In this document: positions 58,828-64,000 of the stretch, piece after piece
How the letters are laid out: each line of letters opens with the position of its first letter
How positions within the stretch are numbered: the stretch's first letter is position 1
Assembly (NCBI RefSeq): GCF_006345805.1
Contig: NC_043014.1
Location: forward strand, 8,060,001 to 8,124,000
DNA length: 64,000 nt
Direction of reading: 5' to 3'
DNA from: Octopus sinensis
Lineage: Eukaryota
Position numbers and translations under genes: made by a program
Notes under the pieces: generated by a model
Told to the model about the DNA's origin: nothing
The model's database searches: none
The model's input: only the letters and a program-made list of their open reading frames with translations

Positions 58828-58868
58828 TGCGCTGATGACGGATCAATATCCAGAAACTGCAGTCCGTG
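58828..58868 (+). ncRNA. Minimal type I hammerhead motif
   Basis: TGCG-CTGATGA-CGGATCAATATCCA-GAAAC-TGCA-GTC-CGTG. Palindromic stem III; C.A mismatch at the base of stem II. Confidence 0.6.
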
Positions 58869-59033
58869 AGTATCACTTAGGTTGACGAGGGAAGGATGAC
58901 CTCCCTTTGCAAATGCCGATAAGGCACAGAAAGTGTGTCAATAGCCAGCTGGAGAAGATGTTCTCCTGGGGCTACAAGCTACAGTAACATCTATCCTTAG
59001 TGGTTAGCCATATTTAGATGACAAATATACTTC

Positions 59034-59064
<31 letters not shown>

Positions 59065-59105
59065 ACACACACACACACACACCACACACACACACACACA
59101 CACAT

Positions 59106-60459
<1,354 letters not shown>

Positions 60460-61375
60460 TAAATGTATGTATGTATGTATGTATGTATGTATGTATGTAT
60501 GTATGTATGTATGTATGTATGTATGTATGTATGTATGTACGTATGTATGTATTTATAATCTGTGTATCATATATATGTGTATATGCGCATATACTCAAAC
60601 ATGCACTTATAATGAACATTTTATATAAACGCATACACACACGCACATACACGTATATATATACGTGTGTATATATACACATATACACACGCATATATAC
60701 ACACGTGTGCACACTCACACACACCCAGCTCTCAATAGGCTTAAATGTGTAACATATACGTAGCTTAATACGTACGTATAAGCAAGACATTTATTGCAAC
60801 AGGGTCAGATGCTACAGCTCTCGTCTCCTCAGAATAGACTACTAAGCATGTGACTTATGTTGTATATGAAATCATCTTTGCCAAATATGGCACATCAAAT
60901 ATGGCACGACAAGGAAACTGAATATACGCATTAGGGAGCACGTGCAGGCAGACACTTCCGTGAAGAAACACCAACGGAAATGCCAGACCCAGGAATTCAC
61001 AGTGCACATCAAGGCAAACACAGCGGAAGAAGGGGCAACCTGAGAATCTTTGAGGTCATCCTCATACACCAAAAGAAACTCAAGATCAACAACAGGAGAG
61101 AGTTAGAGGAAGATAGCTGGTTGTTATAGCAACACCTTCCCGCGCATGTCCACTCCAGACACGCTGATACACACGCACATCGGCAACATTCGTCTATTTC
61201 TTGAAAATGGGGTCGTAACCTCGAAATATTGAATACAAGGTAAGTCTACATTAATTCACATATTTCTTTTCTTGTGATTTACCTTGCATAATTCGCATTG
61301 TTTTATTGTTTTGGCCTTTCCCGCGATCCTTTACACAATATATTCTACACAATGTTTCATAGTAATTATTCCATA

Positions 61376-61412
<37 letters not shown>

Positions 61413-61419
61413 TTCACTT

Positions 61420-61818
61420 GTTTCAGTCATTTGACTGTGGCCATGCTGGAGCACCGCCTTTAGTCGAACAACTCGACCCCAGGACTTGTTCTTTGTAAGC
61501 CCAGTACTTATTCTATCATACTCTTTTGCCGAACCGCTAGGTTACGGGACGTAAACACACCAGCACCGGTTGTCAAGCAATGCTAGGGGGACAAACACAG
61601 ACACACAAACGTATACACACGCACATACATATGTATGCATATACATATATACGACGGGCTTCTTTCAGTTTCCGTCCACCAAATCCATTCACAAGGCTTT
61701 GGTCGGCCCGAGGATATAGTAGGAGACACTTGCCCAAGGTGCCACGCAGTGGGACTTAACCCCGGAACCATGTGGTTGGTAAGCAAGCTAGTTACCACAC
61801 AGCCACTCCTACGCCTAT
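61420..61818 (-). mobile_element. SINE family A
   Basis: Full-length reverse copy. Confidence 0.9.
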
Positions 61819-62230
61819 ATATATATATATATAAAATGAGATAGGGGTTGTAAATTCAACCCTCCATGGGATAACATATATCCAATATACTGCTAGAGAG
61901 GTACCATTATTATTATTAATATTAATATTAATTTTATTGACTTTTTGTATGGTTATACATTTTAATGAACTGGACTGTTTTTATATATATATGTCTGCTT
62001 TAAATTTAAAGGTGAGTGTACATGTATTTCCTTGATGTTAGTTATGGAACTAGGAGTCCAATATGGAAAATAACTGTGTTTGTTAAAGTATACTGATATA
62101 TTTTGTTTATATTGTATTATTGTATTAATGTGTATATATATATGTGTAGTATTATGAGTGTCTATGCACACATTTTTATATTTTATATTTTTATATTTAT
62201 ATGTAAATTTTTTTCACACTTATATTAAAT

Positions 62231-62341
62231 TCTCTGAAGAGGCCGTGAGACATCCTTGTTAATGTCTCATTTATACCTGCTTTATATGGCTAATAGGTTA
62301 AATGAGACATACTTGTCTTCACGGCCGAAACAGCTGTCAGA
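62231..62341 (+). ncRNA. Type I hammerhead motif with long stem II
   Basis: TCT-CTGAAGA-GGCCGTGA...TCACGGCC-GAAAC-AGCT-GTC-AGA. Perfect 8-bp stem II. Confidence 0.78.
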
Positions 62342-62737
62342 TATGATGTAATTGTATTTTATATTTCTATTTCCATGTCTAGTTATATTTGCAATATATT
62401 ATGTATAATGTCATTGCTGTTATGTAATGGTGTAATAAAGTATTGATTGGGTATTATCTGATGGTTGATGATTGATTAATTTAAGTATGTTTCTCCATTT
62501 TCTCATTTTGTATATATATATATATATCCTCGGTATGACTTTAAACTGTTATTCAATTGGAGAGCAGGGACGCAGGAATATTGCTTATATATACATGCTA
62601 GCAGTGTATGTGTATGCATATGTATATATCTGAGTGTGAGACCGAGTATGTAGCTTATGTATGCTTACATACGTAGCTATCCCCAACGCTTGCAAATAAT
62701 CTCAGATCAGATTTTCACTAATATAAGATAATTTTGA

Positions 62738-63132
62738 GGAAGTAAGTAGTTTGTTTACCAGCCACATTGTTCCGGGTTCAGTCCCACTGCGTAGCACCTT
62801 GGGCAAGTGTCTTCTACTATAGCCTCAGGCCGACCAAAGCCTTGTGAGTGGATTTGGTAGACGGAAACTGAAAGAAGCCCGTCGTATATATGTCTATTTA
62901 TATATATATATGTTTGTGTGTCTGTGTTTGTCCCCCTAGCATTGCTTGACAACCGATGCTGGTGTGTTTACGCCCCCGTTACTTAGCGGTTCGGCAAAAA
63001 GAGACCGATTGAATAAGTACTGGGCTTACAAAAGAATAAGTCCCGAGGTCGAGTTGCTCGATTAAAGGCGGTGCTCCAGCATGGCCGCAGTCAAATGCCT
63101 GAAACAAGTAAAAGAGTAAAAGAGTAAAGAGA
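62738..63132 (+). mobile_element. SINE family A, 5'-damaged
   Basis: gtaagtagtttgtttacc...aaagagtaaagag. Confidence 0.88.
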
Positions 63133-63764
63133 GAATTTCTTGAACTTATTTTCCATTAAATTTGACTGTTACTGAAATTTCCCATTAGCATTTTGTTGCT
63201 TTTTGAGAATTCTTCATTCATCACTCCGTAACATATTTATCTATATTCATATCATCGATCGACTTGTATAAATTTCTTACTTTGTTATATACGTATGTGT
63301 GCGTGCTTGCATAGGTATGTGTATGTGCGCGCGTGTGAATGGAGTACGTGCGTGTGCGTGTTTGTGTGTGTGTGACTGCGTGTGTTTCCGTGTCTGCGTG
63401 ATGCATATGTGTGCGTGACGCATATGTGTGCGCGTAGGTATGTGTGTGTGTGACGCATATGTGTGTGTGTGACGCATATGTGTGCGTGTGTGTGTGAGTG
63501 TGTACATGTGTACTTTTGAATTTACATTCGAGTGTCTTGATAAGCGCCGAAGCAAAACTCACCAATGTATGTGAGCTTTTGTATGACTCCTTTTGTCTAT
63601 CTGCTTGAGAGCAGAAGACTCTTGTCTGTGTGTGATGAATATATGTATGTGTGCGTCTCATAAACGTGTGTGCGTGCGCGCGCGTGTGCAGGTTTCATGT
63701 ATTTGTGTACTTTTGACTTTTCTACGCAAGACTGATCTGCAATGAAGTGTAACTCTTTATATAC

Positions 63765-63990
63765 TCTTTTACTCTTGTACTTGTTTCAGTCATTATTTGA
63801 CTGCGGCCATGCTGGAGCACCGCCTTTAGTCTAGCAAATCGACAACGGGACTTATTCTTTATAAGCCCAGTACTTATTCTATCGGTCTCTTTTGCTGAAC
63901 CGCTAAGTGACGGGGACGTAAACACACCAGCATCGGTTGTCAAGCAATGCTCGGGGGACAAACACAGACACACAAACACAAACACATACA
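63765..63990 (-). mobile_element. SINE family A, 3' part
   Basis: Reverse copy running toward the window end. Confidence 0.85.
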
Positions 63991-64000
63991 TATAATATAT

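Noticed and set aside
61225-61250. + strand donor (AAG|gtaagt) as the first exon of a divergent gene
   Set aside because: No supporting ORF or downstream exon in the window; isolated donors are common by chance.

Overview
Eukaryotic, AT- and microsatellite-rich DNA. The SINE and LINE content looks like an octopod cephalopod (inference). The main gene, assembled by hand from splice sites, is a 14-exon minus-strand model (ATG at 57093, stop at 12800, about 641 aa). It encodes a secreted protein with an animal heme-peroxidase fold, followed by a degenerate TSP1-like module and a short tail. Nearly all heme/catalytic residues appear replaced (MPO Q91/D94/H95, R239, H336, N421, R424), while the Ca2+-site residues are kept, so it looks like a pseudo-peroxidase. 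One exon (45916-46063) carries a 1-nt frameshift in this sequence. The last two exons of a paralog lie on the + strand (1856-1955, 3535-3871), tail-to-tail with it. Introns and flanks hold tRNA-derived SINEs, RTE, Tx1, R4/Dong and CR1-like LINE pieces, two mariners, two non-autonomous Helitrons and several palindromes. At least six type I hammerhead ribozyme motifs are present, two of them in a tandem duplication on the gene's sense strand about 1 kb upstream of the ATG exon. Tx1 copies sit in (GATA)n arrays, while R4-like pieces and a ~550-bp non-coding element sit in (TAA)n arrays. All alignments were done by eye, without tools.
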